NCBI RefSeq assembly: GCF_036321535.1
Contig: NC_087436.1
Span: 77,316,001-77,380,000, forward strand
DNA: 64,000 bases
Source of the DNA: Camelus dromedarius
Taxonomy: Eukaryota
Direction of reading: 5' to 3'
Part shown: in pieces, positions 1-13,024 of the stretch
Position numbering within the stretch: position 1 is the stretch's first letter
Layout: every line of letters starts with the position of its first letter
Notes under the pieces: model-generated
Told to the model about the DNA's origin: nothing
The model's database searches: none
Seen by the model: the letters and a program-made list of their open reading frames with translations, nothing else
Program-made: the position numbers and the translations under genes

Positions 1-417
1 TATTGTTTTGTTCTTCTTTCCACCTTCCCTTTTATCCCTCTCCCCTGCCCCTCTCTCTTCCCTCTCCCTCTTTTTTTCCTTTTCCAGCCTATAAGCCATA
101 TTTAGTTGTGCTAATAAAGTAATATAAAATCAGAGTGGATAATAAATGTTTCAGTTTTGCAGTATAGTCTCTGATCTGACACTATGATTTTAAAACATAG
201 AATGAGAGAAAAACAAAAGACTCAACACTGGATTTCAATTGGCTTTTCAATTCTTTGAATTTATAAATATTTTCGAAGCACTGAAAAATAAAGTGTAAGA
301 GTACAGTTTGTTGTTCAAGTATATGAACAATTCTCCTTAAAATAACGTGTCAAGTAATAAATACTATAGAGAGAGCGTCTGTGCCAGACACTACCCTCGA
401 TGCCCCAGACCAGAGAC

Positions 418-946
418 CAGTGGTCTTCAAACCATGTGCTGCTGATGCTAGGGTTTTGCAGAGGCTCTGCAAACATTCCTTAAAATATAACTTAAAACAC
501 TCTCATGTGTGTTGTTAAGTTTTTTGAGTCCACCAATTTATTAATTTATGAAGACAGGTGTACTTGTTTTGGGGGTAGACCATGAAATAAACTCTCAACC
601 ACAGTGCACTTGGCTCATCTTATAACTTTTTTTAATCAAATGAATGACTGTATCTTTGCATTGGTCATGTTAAAAAGAAAAACTCACTTCTGTTCATGTC
701 CCTTAGATAAATGGTGGAAGTGACAAATAATTTTACTGCATTCAGAACTATGGAATCCAAAGTTGACTATGCATATTTCATGAAACATAATATGTGCAGA
801 ATTACATGCATATAATTTATAAATATACATATAAATATGCATATATATGGATAAGTATATTGATAAGCATATTTTATAAATAAATATAGATAATCCTCCA
901 ATAATTTTACTGGTAGAAATGTGTGAACAAAAAGTTTGGAGACTGC
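418..946 (+). mobile_element. hAT-Charlie-type non-autonomous DNA transposon remnant
   Basis: Begins CAGTGGTCTTCAAAC and ends AAAAAGTTTGGAGACTGC, degenerate Charlie-type terminal inverted repeats around an AT-rich interior. Confidence 0.5.
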
Positions 947-1274
947 AACTCAAGAATATAAGTTCTATAAAGAAGAGGATCTTTTTAGCATTATAATTCT
1001 TGAGCCTGGCACAGTTTATCGCATGTTTTGGGAGTTAGTAAACATGAATTAAATTAATCAATGATTACTTCAACTCACCTGCACAGAGTGTAATTAAACA
1101 TCAGTCAGGTCTCAGACACATTGCTGCTCTTATCTTTGTAGTCAGCTAAATGATATCAAATAATATTTTAATGGCAAGTACTAAAATGCTATTATGGATA
1201 GATTTCACATGTATTTTATGTTTTCTCTGTATTTTATGTATTTAGAAGGGAGTCCAAATACTAAGTAGTTAGTA

Positions 1275-1990
1275 CCATAGAAAGCCTCTAAATCTACATT
1301 TCCTGACTCACTGGAATATGAAATGATCCATTTCCTCTGAAAGCCCGTGGTGGGATGGATATTCAAAGTTAGCGAGATGCTTGGTTGCGTGCTCTGTGCA
1401 CTCCTGCCCCCTCTACTGTGCTGTGTGATAATTAAGAGCCATTTATTTTGGTTTCCAAACCTGCTTATGCTAGTTTTTCTCTTTTTTACTATTACATTAA
1501 ATTTAATATTGAATCATTCACGTAATTGAATTGAATGTTAGGTAAGGAAATGAAATATGGGGGCAAAAAGAAATGCTGTTTCTAAGAAAGGTAAGTTAAA
1601 TGCTTTGGAAAATTTTGGTTAAAATCACAGTTAAATTAGGAGTAGAAAAAACAATTATAAATTACTGGGAACTTTCATGTGAAAGTTGCTACTAAAGTAT
1701 CTTTAAGTTCCTGCTATGTTTTAAAGAAAAACACTAGACTTTATAGATGATGCATTGGAGAAAGAAGGATTATAAGCAGCTCTGAAGAGCAGCTACTTGC
1801 TTGGAAAAGGCTTTATCCATAATTTAAAAATGGCAACTATGTGGCCTTTTGTATCTTTTACATAAAAAATTGTTTGTATCCTTTCATAATCCTCTCCCTG
1901 TGGTTTTGTTTTTTGGGTTTTTGTTTGTTTGTTTGTTTAGTTTTGTTTTGTCACACAGACTCCTTACCAGTCTAATTGTGTCAGTGACAA
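1275..1990 (+). mobile_element. Tigger (TcMar) DNA transposon remnant
   Basis: Broken reading frames give Tigger N-terminal HTH-like motifs: KLNALE (~1593), VKLGVEKTIINYW (~1630) and IDDAL (~1742). Confidence 0.55.
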
Positions 1991-2469
1991 GGACTTCTAC
2001 CATAATTCAACTTAGACATTTCCTTCTACTCCTCTTTCATGCTTCTGGGGCAATGTTACTAAAAGATCTTGGGATTGGAAAATAAGGTTTTAAACATCTT
2101 TTGCAACTTAATTTTGTGAGTCACAATTTTTTTATATTGTACAACCTAGAGAAACTTCAAAATAAATGAAAAAGTTTAGCTGATGGACATAAAAATAAAT
2201 TTTACTCAGATTTCTCTTTTCAGCTGTCTCTCAGAGCAGCCTCATTGTTTTCAATGATTAATTACAAAATACCTAAAGATCATAAATGCAAACATAAGCA
2301 AGAAATTCTAAAGCACATTTTAATACATTGGGGGATTTATGTAAGTTTTCATCTGAAGAGTGTTTATCAAAATATATTTCAAATATTCCATTTTTGAGTG
2401 TACAAAAGTGATTCCAATCCTGCCTGGGCTTTCTAGAAACAAGAGTAAGAACAAAACAATATCACATTG

Positions 2470-2980
2470 ACACAAAGGAAATCAGAGGCTGGTGAGCTTA
2501 CTTCCCAGTAAGGGAATAGAGGAGACTTCACATAGGAAATATAGTTTAAACTCAGCCTTACAATTTTCTGGCAGATAGAGGGAAAGGTAATTGCAGAGAG
2601 AGGAAATTCAGCAAAGGATGGTACAAGAGAAGGAGAAAGTATTTATAGAGAAGGAAAGAAGCTATTGGTCCTGGAGTCAGGAGGAAGCTGCCTGAGGGCC
2701 AAGGCATTGGTAAGTGGCTTTTTTGAGCCACTGCTGTTGCCTGAGTCTGAAAATGACACCTATCACTAATTTATGGAACATCTGTTAAGACGAGTGTAAG
2801 GTATTATGGGAGAATCTATGAAGCAATGACTAATTCTCCCTGTTGGGAAGCTCCTTCATAGAGGAGATGACATTTCATTTTGACTTGACGGATACGTATT
2901 TTGGATCTTCTTACTGGACATAATTTGAAGGGGGAGGAGACCAGAGGCAGGGACAGCAATACTGATATGGTGCAATGCAA
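2470..2980 (-). mobile_element. L2 LINE fragment
   Basis: Purine-rich antisense L2-like sequence, e.g. ggagacttcacataggaaa and ggaggagaccagaggcaggg. Confidence 0.45.
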
Positions 2981-3779
2981 AATAATATATGACTTTAATC
3001 AAAAAGTTTCACTTTGTTTGAAGGCAATTACTGTTGATGTTTAAAAATAAATTCCAAATTAGTGGAATTAAGAAATTTTCATTTACTTCTACTTTATTGG
3101 TGCTTTCCCCTTCTATTCAGAAAGTCCAGTTAACTCAGTATTTCAGAGGCATTTGACAAAAGTGAAAAGTTAATTTAAAAAACTTTAGATTAAAACTAAT
3201 CATTATTTCTAAATAAAATGAAAAGGTAATATAAAAACACAGTTTTATTGTGTAGAAAAATGTTTGGTCAAGTAGTATTATTACTAAAAGACCACTAAAA
3301 TTGGAATCCTAAATGTTTTTGAAAGATTCCTAATTGTTGTCATATAGTTCAGTTTCATCTATGTTAGGCATTCAGGAGTTTCCTTCCATAAATCACTGAA
3401 GAATATGTTCCTTGCAAAATGGGCTTTTAGTTTTATTCATTAATAAGGAAAAGAAGTACAACTGTATTACCTTTTTTCAGTGCTGCACTGGCTTTCAGTT
3501 GAGAGGTTAGCTTGTAAATAACCAAAATAGTGACAAAATAGTTTCAGTAGTACAGAAGTGCCTTATATAACACATATAGTACAAGAAAATATGAATACAG
3601 AATATATATAGAACCATTTTAAAATATGTTGTGAGGGTTAATAGTTGCAAGAATTTGCAGAATTCATGGTATTCATATATTGAGAGCTGTGATTTTTGTA
3701 TATTAGGGTACTTACTTTTAACAGGACAGTTTTACATTAATACTTAAAGAAAATGGTTTTAGAAGCATCAGTAAGACAA

Positions 3780-4480
3780 AAAAGTTACTTTTTATTCTAC
3801 CATCCCCAAAATGTACTTTGTAGTATATAACTTTTATAGATACATACAACTATGAAACCTACTTTTTAAAAACTATTTTCCTATAAAATTACATTGATAC
3901 ATCATTTTTTAAACTTCAGTTCTTTACTTAGCATATCTCTTTAGCATCTTTTAATATTCTAAATCATTTTTCAAGAACAGGATCTTAGTGACTAACACAA
4001 ATGTTATCATCTAAATGTATCACATTTTATTTAGCCAGTCATCTAAGGTTGGGATATGCTCTGTTCATATTGTCTCTGAGGTAGCCATGAGGATGTGCTG
4101 CCTGAGACCTATTCATGCCCATCTCTTATAGGACAGTACTGGGATGTAGTCAGTAAGCATCTTAAGGCTTTTGATTTGTAATGTGAAATAGTTACCCAAT
4201 TTAAATGCCTACTTTCTCTAAAATCTCCCATCCTAGATGGTATCTTTATTTCATTATTGTTTTTGTTATTTCTTATTCTTTTGTAATATTCTGCTTAAAA
4301 ATAATTTCTTTGATAATGAACATGTTTTACATATATTGGCTATTTGATTTTTTATGAATTGCACATCAGTGTACTTTTCTGTGAATTTAGCTGGTATCTT
4401 TTGTCATTTAGGTTGTCAGTATTTTTCTCCCCTTGTCCTTGGCTTCAATATTTTGTTTATAGTGTTTTTGAAATACAGAT
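3780..4480 (-). mobile_element. Old L1 (L1ME-like) 3' fragment
   Basis: Degraded antisense L1 3' motifs: cacattttatttagccagtc, gaacatgttttacatatattggctattt. Confidence 0.5.
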
Positions 4481-5149
4481 ATATATATTTTGATTAGTCT
4501 AAAGATCTCGTTTCCCTGTCTAGGCTGTTAGGTGCATGCACACGTGTTTGTGTATGTGTGTGAGGTGTGGTACTGTAGTAAATGGGCACATTAAAGGAAA
4601 AAACTCTCAGTTAAATTTTGAAGTATTAATCTGTTACATAGAATTCAGTTTCATTCAGGACAAAGTCAAAGCCCATTTAAACAGTCCATATATTTATGAA
4701 TTTGAGAATTCACTTAAACTGCAAGGTTGAGGAATTAATAATGTTGCAGGGCTAATAAATTCTCTCTAAGAGAAAGATAATGCTCTTACAATGAGAAACT
4801 AGGACATACTCTACTCAAAATTAATGCATTTGGGTGGTTTTGAAAGTAGAACAGAGCAGAGAATTCCTAAGAAGATGAAAAGCTACACTTATGCTAGAAG
4901 ATAAAAATCAGTGGTACGCTTGTCTTTCAAAACACACAAGACAAATTAGGCTGTGATTGTCACAACAAAATTTTCATCTGATGAGAACTTGAAGCTGACT
5001 ACATGGTTGCCAATAAATGTTTTGCATTAGAAATGACACTGTACATTTTAGATGATGAAGTACTGTTGTTAATGGATGTAGGACTTCAGCAGTGCCAAAA
5101 ATATTTCATCAAGTGGATTCTCTGCATGCGGTAAATTTCACCAGGTACA

Positions 5150-5420
5150 AAAATTTTATGAACAATATTTTATAAAGTATGTATTTATACATTTGGCAAA
5201 ACTATAGAAAGAAGTAAAAAATGAAAAACAGTAATTTCAGGCTAGTAGTTCCTCTGGGAGAGAGGGCAGGGAGTGTAATCAGGGAGGGTGAATAGGGGCA
5301 ACAAAGGTACTGAGAATGTGTCAGTTGGTGGTGGTCACACAGGTTTTTGTTATAATTATTCCATATATATATACATTATGTATGTATAGACTTGCTTTGA
5401 ATAAGTTGTTAAAATATGTT
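5150..5420 (+). mobile_element. Old L1 (L1ME-like) 3' end
   Basis: aatttcaggctagtagttcctctgggagagagggcaggg...ggtggtggtcacacagg is typical of L1ME 3' UTRs. Confidence 0.55.
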
Positions 5421-5899
5421 AATGATTAATTTTTTAAATCGCAAAGGTATTTGAAATAAATATAAGAACAGTCAATATTTCTGAACATGTCCTGTGTGCC
5501 AGGTACTTCCCTCATGTCTGGTGCCCCCCTCCCCATCATGTGCCCACACTGTTTTGACCTCCTACCCTTCTTGTGTGTCTGTTCTACCTCTGGTGCTCCC
5601 TCACTCCTCTCTTGTGGATGCCCTCCTGATTTGGCTGTTCAGTTTTCTCTGTCAGAAATACCTTGGCTAAGTTCTCTTGCCCAAGCAGCACGTAAAATGA
5701 ACATAAGCTTCTAAGCTAGCCTCACCTCCAGTTTACTCACCTTGTGTGTGCTATGTTGGCACAGAGTCTCAGACCTCCATGTTTTCCAGATGGAGAACTG
5801 GCGAGTCTAAAATACTGCTACTGTGTCAAACTTGTTAATAAAAGACGTAGAGCCTCTTCTTTCCTTTGCCTTATGTTATCAGTGGCCTTCACAGACAAT

Positions 5900-6400
5900 G
5901 CCCCTTGCCTCTGCTGTCCACTTAAGACTGTAAAATGATGCTTAATTTTTATTCCAAAGCTCTTTTCTCAGCTCCACACTTCTGTATTCTGCTGCATGCC
6001 CTACTTGTATATCAACGACAGATAAAAGCAGATGCTTAATTCCTCACACCCAAACCTCCTTTTCCTGTGCCATGTTTTGATGAATTGCAGGGCTACTGCC
6101 AAGTGGTACAGGTAAGACTCCTAAGGAGGCGTCTTCAAGTTGTCTCCCCTTCACCTCTCCATTTCCAGTGACTCCACCTTAGCCATCTGTTTCCTTTCCT
6201 CCTTCCCTCTGATTGTTGTAGTTTAGGGCTTCATTTTTATTCAGCTGGATTACATGTGTAGTAAAAAATTAAAAATTATAAATTGCCTTCTTATTGATCT
6301 ATTATATTGCCTACTCAAATTTATTCTCTACACAGAGTGAACATTCTAGAACACTGATCTATCGATACTATCCTCCTGTTCAAAAATCATGTCACCTCAG
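5900..6400 (+). mobile_element. L2 LINE fragment
   Basis: Resembles L2 core: cccaaacctccttttcctgtg, and attctctacacagagtgaacattctagaac. Confidence 0.5.
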
Positions 6401-6501
6401 TGTTCATATCAGTGGTCTCCAAAGCACAAACCTCAAGGGTGGGCAAGATAAGCCAGTGTGGGGCATGGAGAAAACATTAGAATTCATATGTATATTTGGG
6501 T

Positions 6502-6668
6502 TTTATTTATTTTAATTGAGATAAAATTGACATATAACACTGTGTAAGTTTAAGGTATACAATGAGTTGATTTATTACATTTGTATACTGCAATATGGTT
6601 AAGACTAGCTTTAGTTAACACCTCTATCACATCACATTATTATAATTTCTTTTTTGTGCCGAGAAGAT
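6502..6668 (-). mobile_element. L1 3' end (L1MA-like)
   Basis: ttttaattgagataaaattgacatataacactgtgtaagtttaaggtatacaatg is an antisense L1 3' terminus. Confidence 0.75.
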
Positions 6669-7020
6669 TTGTGTTTGTTTTCAATGTAAAAAATTGGGAA
6701 GAAATTAATCTTTATTAGTATTAAAATATGGATTAGCTGGATTGGCGCTGTTTTTTTTTTTTCATTCAATCTATGTATTCCATTCCAATCTGCATATATG
6801 TCATTGGCTATTAACAAAAACACAAAATATTGATGAAAGAGGGGGAATTAAATAATTCTAGCAGTTGGCAACGGTACCTTGTTTTCTTTCTTTCAGCATA
6901 TATTGACATATTGCAGTTAATGTGTGCCAGGTCAAATGCATTTATCAATTACAATATCTAGTTTTAATTAAACTAACCTTCAGAAAGTGGACAAGAAACT
7001 GACAACTATTTGTGCAAAAT

Positions 7021-7104
7021 GAAAGAAAGGGAGGCGAGGAGGGAGAAGGGGTAAAAGGAGGGGAAAGAAGGAAGAAAGGAAGGGAAAAAAGGATGAAAGG
7101 AAGG
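7021..7104 (+). repeat. GA-rich low-complexity tract
   Basis: About 84 nt of almost pure purine. Confidence 0.85.
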
Positions 7105-7532
7105 TGATACAGCTCATCATTCACACTGGAGATAAAAACAGTGATGCACTAATTAGAATAACAAGAAGTTGGCAAAACTAAAGTAGATTTTAAATTAGAT
7201 TTTATAATTCGATTTTAGCAAGAAAACAGTTGGAAATGTAGATTCACAGCCACTATCTTTAACAGTAAATCTTACGAAAGTGTGTACAGAGCCTTCAGAT
7301 ATTAGTAATGAAAGTATGAAGCTTCAGTGATTTGCAAGTCAAGCACCTAGAACATGAAGACAAACCACTTTTTGAAGCAACTCTTGTTTGCTATAGGAGA
7401 GAGCATTTTGAAATTTGATTTGAAACTGTTTCACTTCTGTGTAACTTCATTGCTGAGTAATTTCAGGACAGTTCTAAATAATCATCTATGCATTTAAAAT
7501 TTTAGAAAATAAATCTTTAAATCTTCTAAATC

Positions 7533-7768
7533 TTTTTTTAATATATTTTTATTGAAGTGTAATCAGTTTACAATGTTATGTTAATTTCTGGTATACAGCA
7601 CAATACTTCAGTCATATAGGAACATACATATATTCATTTTCATATTCTTTTTCACCGTAAGTTGCTACAAGATATTGAATGTGGTTCCCTGTGCTATACA
7701 GTATACACTTGTTGTTTATCTATTTTATATATATTAGTTAGTATCTGTAAATCTCAAACTCCTAATTT
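7533..7768 (-). mobile_element. Young cetartiodactyl-type L1 3' end
   Basis: T-run, then attgaagtgtaatcagtttacaatgttatg...gttccctgtgctatacag; homologous to 29787-29967 and to the reverse complement of part of 8309-8714. Confidence 0.85.
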
Positions 7769-8308
7769 TGAAGAGGTTTTTGTGACTTTTGGAAACTATT
7801 TGTGAAAAATAAAAACTATATTTTTTAAGCACTGTCTTTCCTACACATTATTGAAAACATTTTCTAAATGTGAAAAAGCTTCCTTTGCGGACAGTAGATT
7901 AAACAAAAGACATTTTAAAAAATTAAAAAATATAATGTCTAATATCTTTCAATTAATTTATCAGGAAAAACAGATTAACATTAGAGAAGATGTAAATTTG
8001 CTAACCAAGTTTTAACCAAAACTATTGCATAATTTGTAAATGTAATTGAAAAATGAGGGTTTTAATTTAGTTCGTGCTTCTCGATTTGTAATTTTTCTAC
8101 TTACATTTAAGTAAGTTTGTGATTATCTTTTTTTCAGCTCTGACAGACATCAAAAGCAAGTGGGCAATTAATCCAAATTTAGAACCAGATTTTTAAAACA
8201 CTACTTCACAAAGTGTGAGATGTAAATTTGGGGGGGAAATCAGGCATGCTTATTTTTAAAACTATTCTATATTTCATCTTTAGCACTTTTTTTAAAAATA
8301 TATTTGAT

Positions 8309-8714
8309 TATCATACTAAGTGAAGTAAGTCAGACAGAGAAAGACTAATATCACAATATGATATCACTTATATGTGGAATTTAAAAGCATGATACAAATG
8401 AACTTATTTATAAAACAGAAATAGACTCACAGACAGAAAGCAAACTATGATTACCAAGGGGGAAAGGAGGGAGGAGGGATAAATTAGGAGTTTAGGATTA
8501 ACAGATACAGACTACTATATGTAAAATAGATAAACAACAGGGACCTAATGTATAGCACAGGGAACTATATTCAATATCTTGTTATAAGTTATAATGGAAA
8601 AGAATCTGAGAAGGAATATATATATGTATGACGGAATCATTTTGCTGTACACCTGAAGTTAACACAACATTGTAAATCAGCTGTAAAATAAATATGTATA
8701 CTTCAATAAAAATG
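8309..8714 (+). mobile_element. 5'-truncated L1 3' end with TSD
   Basis: catactaagtgaagtaagtcagacagagaaagac...cttcaataaaaa, flanked by the direct repeat TATATTTGAT at 8299-8308 and 8715-8724. Confidence 0.9.
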
Positions 8715-11700
8715 TATATTTGATATATGTTTAAACATATATACATAATACTAAAATAATAAACATATGTATGTATTTATTTGTCTATTTAAAACAAAAA
8801 AGTCACAAATTTAAAATACATTTGTTTTAATTTTACTGATACTGCACATTCTTTAAAAAGACTAATTAAAATTAGCATAAATTTAGGGTATTTTTGGAAT
8901 ATAGGATATTTAAGAAAGGTAAGATAAAATCAAAATTAAATTTTTTGATAGATAAAAGGGGCTATTCATAATCCTGACCATCTAATTTAAACAGAGTGTG
9001 TTATAAATTTCAGTATCTGATTTCCCAGTTCTCCTAGAGGAAAGTACTTGTGTGGTAAGCACAGGCATAAAAGTGTGAAGGGACAGCTGATGTCTGAGAG
9101 CAAAGGGAAAATCAGAAACTGTTTCAAAAGAGGTTACTCAGTTATACAATGCTTTTTATAATACAAGATGGATATTCACAATGGTATCAAGAGATACTAT
9201 ATTTTTATATTAAAATGGTTTTGATTTTCACTAAAATTACTGTTTATCACTTGAAATATTACACTCCAACACTGAAATTTTTTTCATAGTCTAAGGTATT
9301 TTTTCTCAATAAATTAGACAACAGTCTAGTGTTCTTTTCTTGCTGGACATCTCACGTGAGTGTTTTATGAAATTATTCACTGACATGAAGTCTGTGTCCA
9401 ATTTGCTTACATATCAGTAATGTCTATAATGTATATGTGGGTATGCGTAGAATGCTAATTAAAGAGAATTCATTTTTGTATATGAATGTAGTAGACAAGC
9501 ATTAAGTTGGTTTAATTTCAGGTGCTTACTTGTTGTAGTTAGTTACTACATTTCAAGTGTAATATTTGCTTCAAATTATGGCTAACCTGATCATTAAAGC
9601 TCCATGATGCTAGAGCACTGGGGAATGATGGGCATCTTCTAAAAGCTGATTAACAAGGTAGACAACATCAGTACGCTGTTGGATTCATGTGTATCTGTCT
9701 GGTTGCTCCTGTTGAAGGAAGATGAAGCACATTTAGTGATTCATTATGTTCTCAGGAAAAAGAGAGGCACAAAAAAAGGCATAAAGTTAGATGGCAGGTA
9801 TTTAGGTAGTATTTATTCGTCAGTGTAGATGGCTCATGGAATTTTTGTAAACTCTGCAGTGCTCCAAAGTCCCAATAGTTTTTATTAGGTCTTGTTGAAC
9901 TTTATACTAAATAATGTGTTTGTGATTCGTGTTCTCTCTCCTTTATTCAGGTTTTTGGTCACTCTGTGTTTTATGTCTGATTCATCTATCGTGAAATTTT
10001 CTGATATAAATAAGTGATTATCTGAGGATAAAATGTCAGTAGAAAATTAAAAGTTCACTGGAAAGTACTAAGATAAGCTATCTTCCATTGGTACCTAATG
10101 CAACATTACTAAAATACTGATTTTAAAAACAAATATTCTGGAATCATGGAAGTAACTACATTTCATGTGTCTTAAACTGAATCTATATAAAAGCTAGAAA
10201 GGACACTGAGTAGACAGAATTGGTATGGTAAGTGTGTTCTGCAGCTGTGTTGGCTTCAAATATGCATTGCATGTGTTGTTCTTGAGAGCAAATAATAAAG
10301 CAATCCCCTCATCTTCCAAGGGCATGAGAATATTTTTTCCTTTTAATAGTAGTCCCAAATATGAGCTTCATTTTATTTTCTTAAAATGTTTGAAATAGTG
10401 AGTAGACACTTCAACTTGAAGACACAGCTGTTCAGTCGATCAAGCACAAAAGAAGCCTAACAATATCCTCAAAGTGAAATTGAAATTGTAATTATGTGAA
10501 TTTTAGCTGCTGAAATTATAAATGTGGGGCCCCCTCAAGGAAAGCTGGAAAGCTGCCAACTGCATTTTACAAAAACATTCACAGATATCACAAAGAAATT
10601 TACATTTTGTCACCCTATTCCCTTTATTGGCATGTAAACCATCTCCCTGCTCTCTGCCACTTCTTCTATTTGAAGGTGGAAGTCAGGTGGTTGGACATTG
10701 CTTTAATGATTTCCTCTCATCTGCTCGAAATGAACAGCTGCACTAAATTGTGCAACATCATTTTGAATATGCATAGACCAATTCTCAGCTCAGATTAAGA
10801 GAAAAGTGAGACTTTATCTCCTTGGCTATTTCAGTGTTTGCACTGAACATTTTTAAGGCAGAACCATTACTGTTGCATTTTGATACTGTACAGAATAGTT
10901 ACGGGACCTTCAAGATATATTTTAAGTTACTTTATGTATACTTTGAAAATTCTTAGCAATCTCTGTCAAAAGCTAGAGAATTTTTCTTTTTCAAAGTTTC
11001 CAAAAAATTCTATTTAGTTTTTTTATGATTACTCCTCAAAATCATTGACAGTTTTTGATTCTCAAAGATACTCATTTGCTCTTGTCAAAACCGAGTCAAA
11101 TAGTTAATGTGCTCTCTGACATGTATTTCTCGTTATTAGGATAAAGCTAGAACTTAGTGACTTTTCATTAGTTTTCTTTTTGTTTATCCAATTCTTTTGT
11201 CTCTCCAGCTATACATTTGTTCTATTTTTAAATCCTTTACATTTTTTTTGAAATTTTAAATGCTTTGAAAAAGTTACCTCTCTGAATGTACCTTCTTATT
11301 ACTTAAATTTTAATTTATTGTTAATAGCTTCTGATTTTTCATAAAGAATCACCAAACAAAAAGAAAAATACTGGTTATCATTTGCATTTGGGGTCAGCAT
11401 CTACTGTTTAAACCAATGCTGAAAATATGGAACTTTTATCTGTAGTAATCTTATTTATTCCTTGAGGATTCTAAATGCTTAAGGATTCCTTAAAGGAAAA
11501 GAGAACATTTAAAGTGTAAAAATTGTTTTGATACCCATTATTATGAATTGTGAAGTGGCAAATGATTCTGAATTATTATCAATATTTTAAAATATTTTCT
11601 AAATACTGATAATATGAAAATGTCATTAAATTATTTTTAAATATACTGCTTGTATATCTCAAAATTATGAGATATCTGGGGTTAGAATTTGTTAACCATG

Positions 11701-11899
11701 GCTAAATCTGTTGCTCACTTCTAAGACTTGATTGAATTATTTTTGTAGCATTTGACAGTATTAGATGTTTAAGCTTTTTGCCTTTTGCAAACTCTCCCTC
11801 CTACCCCTCAACCTGGTCCTTTTTTTCCTAGTAGTGTCTCATGTCACTGCTAGCCTCTTAAATATGTCTCAGAGTTTTATTCATGTTTGTATATTCCTT

Positions 11900-12250
11900 T
11901 CTCATGAAGCTTACTCTACCCTGGATACTTCTTCCTCTGCCACCCAAGTTTTCATCTCATACCCAGGGCTCACAGATCTTTCTTATCTCAGCTCTCACCT
12001 CTGAACTCCAGAATCATGTCATCAAGTGCTGTTAGAAATCCTCACTGAGTTGTTCTACAGGTACTTTAAACTCAGCTTATCCAAAACAGACCTTATCATT
12101 TTTCATTTTCCCCTGTTCCAACCTGATCCTAGCCCCGTATTTCCTCACCACTACTTGAAAAGTCCAGGAACATGGAAATCATCCTAAAGATAATACCTTT
12201 CTTCTCACCTCATCTCCCACAATATTCAACGCTTATCAAATTTAGTTTTT
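11900..12250 (+). mobile_element. L2 LINE fragment
   Basis: ctctgaactccaga...aaactcagcttatccaaaacagacc...ggaaatcatcc matches L2 ORF2 3' region. Confidence 0.65.
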
Positions 12251-12257
12251 CAGTACC

Positions 12258-12725
12258 TATAGCGGGGTGTCTCATTCAACATCCATTCCAACCCCCTTCT
12301 GTTATAACTTCTCATATTCTAGAATCTGGAAAATAACATTACGTATTTCCAGACTCTCTTGCAACTAGGTTTCTACATGTGACATAGACACCAACAAACA
12401 GGGAAGAGCCAAGCAAGAAGAAGCAGTCGTCACACTCATCAAGCATCATATCTCCTGTCAAACCTTGATAGTACCATCTGATTTTTCTTTTTGGACAGCT
12501 AAAGTAGAGACCCTAGCATCAAAGTTCCCAGGGGATGGAGAGTGGTTGAACATTTCTTCTGACTGAGTTGCTTTCAATTTCCATAGTCCAGCATAGTCCA
12601 GTGACTCTCCAAGATCACTCCATCTACTTTTATTTTCTATTTGTCTTTCCGTTACTCTGTACTGCAGACAAACAGAACTGCTTTGGTTATTTAAGCCTAA
12701 ACCATAATTTCCTGTGGTCATACCT
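12258..12725 (+). mobile_element. ERVL solo LTR (LTR33-like)
   Basis: catccattccaacccccttctg...ctggaaa...tatttccagactctcttgcaactagg, a motif order I recall for LTR33/LTR16-type LTRs. Confidence 0.55.
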
Positions 12726-13024
12726 TTATTCTGCATTTTCTTCCCTTTTAGGCTCCTAACCTCTTTTAGTCATGGTGTTCCTAGATCACTCAAATTCTGT
12801 TAATTCTCTTATCACTTTATATACATTGGAATCCTTTTGTTTACATGATGATTTTTTTTCTGTTCTACTATTTTGTAATTTTCTTTAAGAAATAGTTAAT
12901 ATTTTTCCTTGTATCCTTGCAGCTTTTAGCTTTTGGTTTTGGGACCTTGAATATGTAAATATTTTGAATGAATGAATAGTTTTGATTAAGAATTAATGAG
13001 ATACAACTGTAATTGTTGACCAAC

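Larger units (their letters stand above)
6410..8870 (+). mobile_element. Ancient hAT-Charlie-like element interrupted by three L1 3' fragments and a GA-rich tract
   Basis: Starts CAGTGGTCTCCAAAG...GGAGAAAACATTAGAA (Charlie-type left end), with decayed transposase-like sequence at ~7770-8230; the right end is uncertain. Confidence 0.45.

Noticed and set aside
11..87. Long pyrimidine tract ending in CAG as a splice acceptor
   Set aside because: Low-complexity tract at the window edge with no plausible coding exon or donor after it.
11581..11596. Perfect palindrome AATATTTTAAAATATT
   Set aside because: Pure AT and unremarkable in this base composition.
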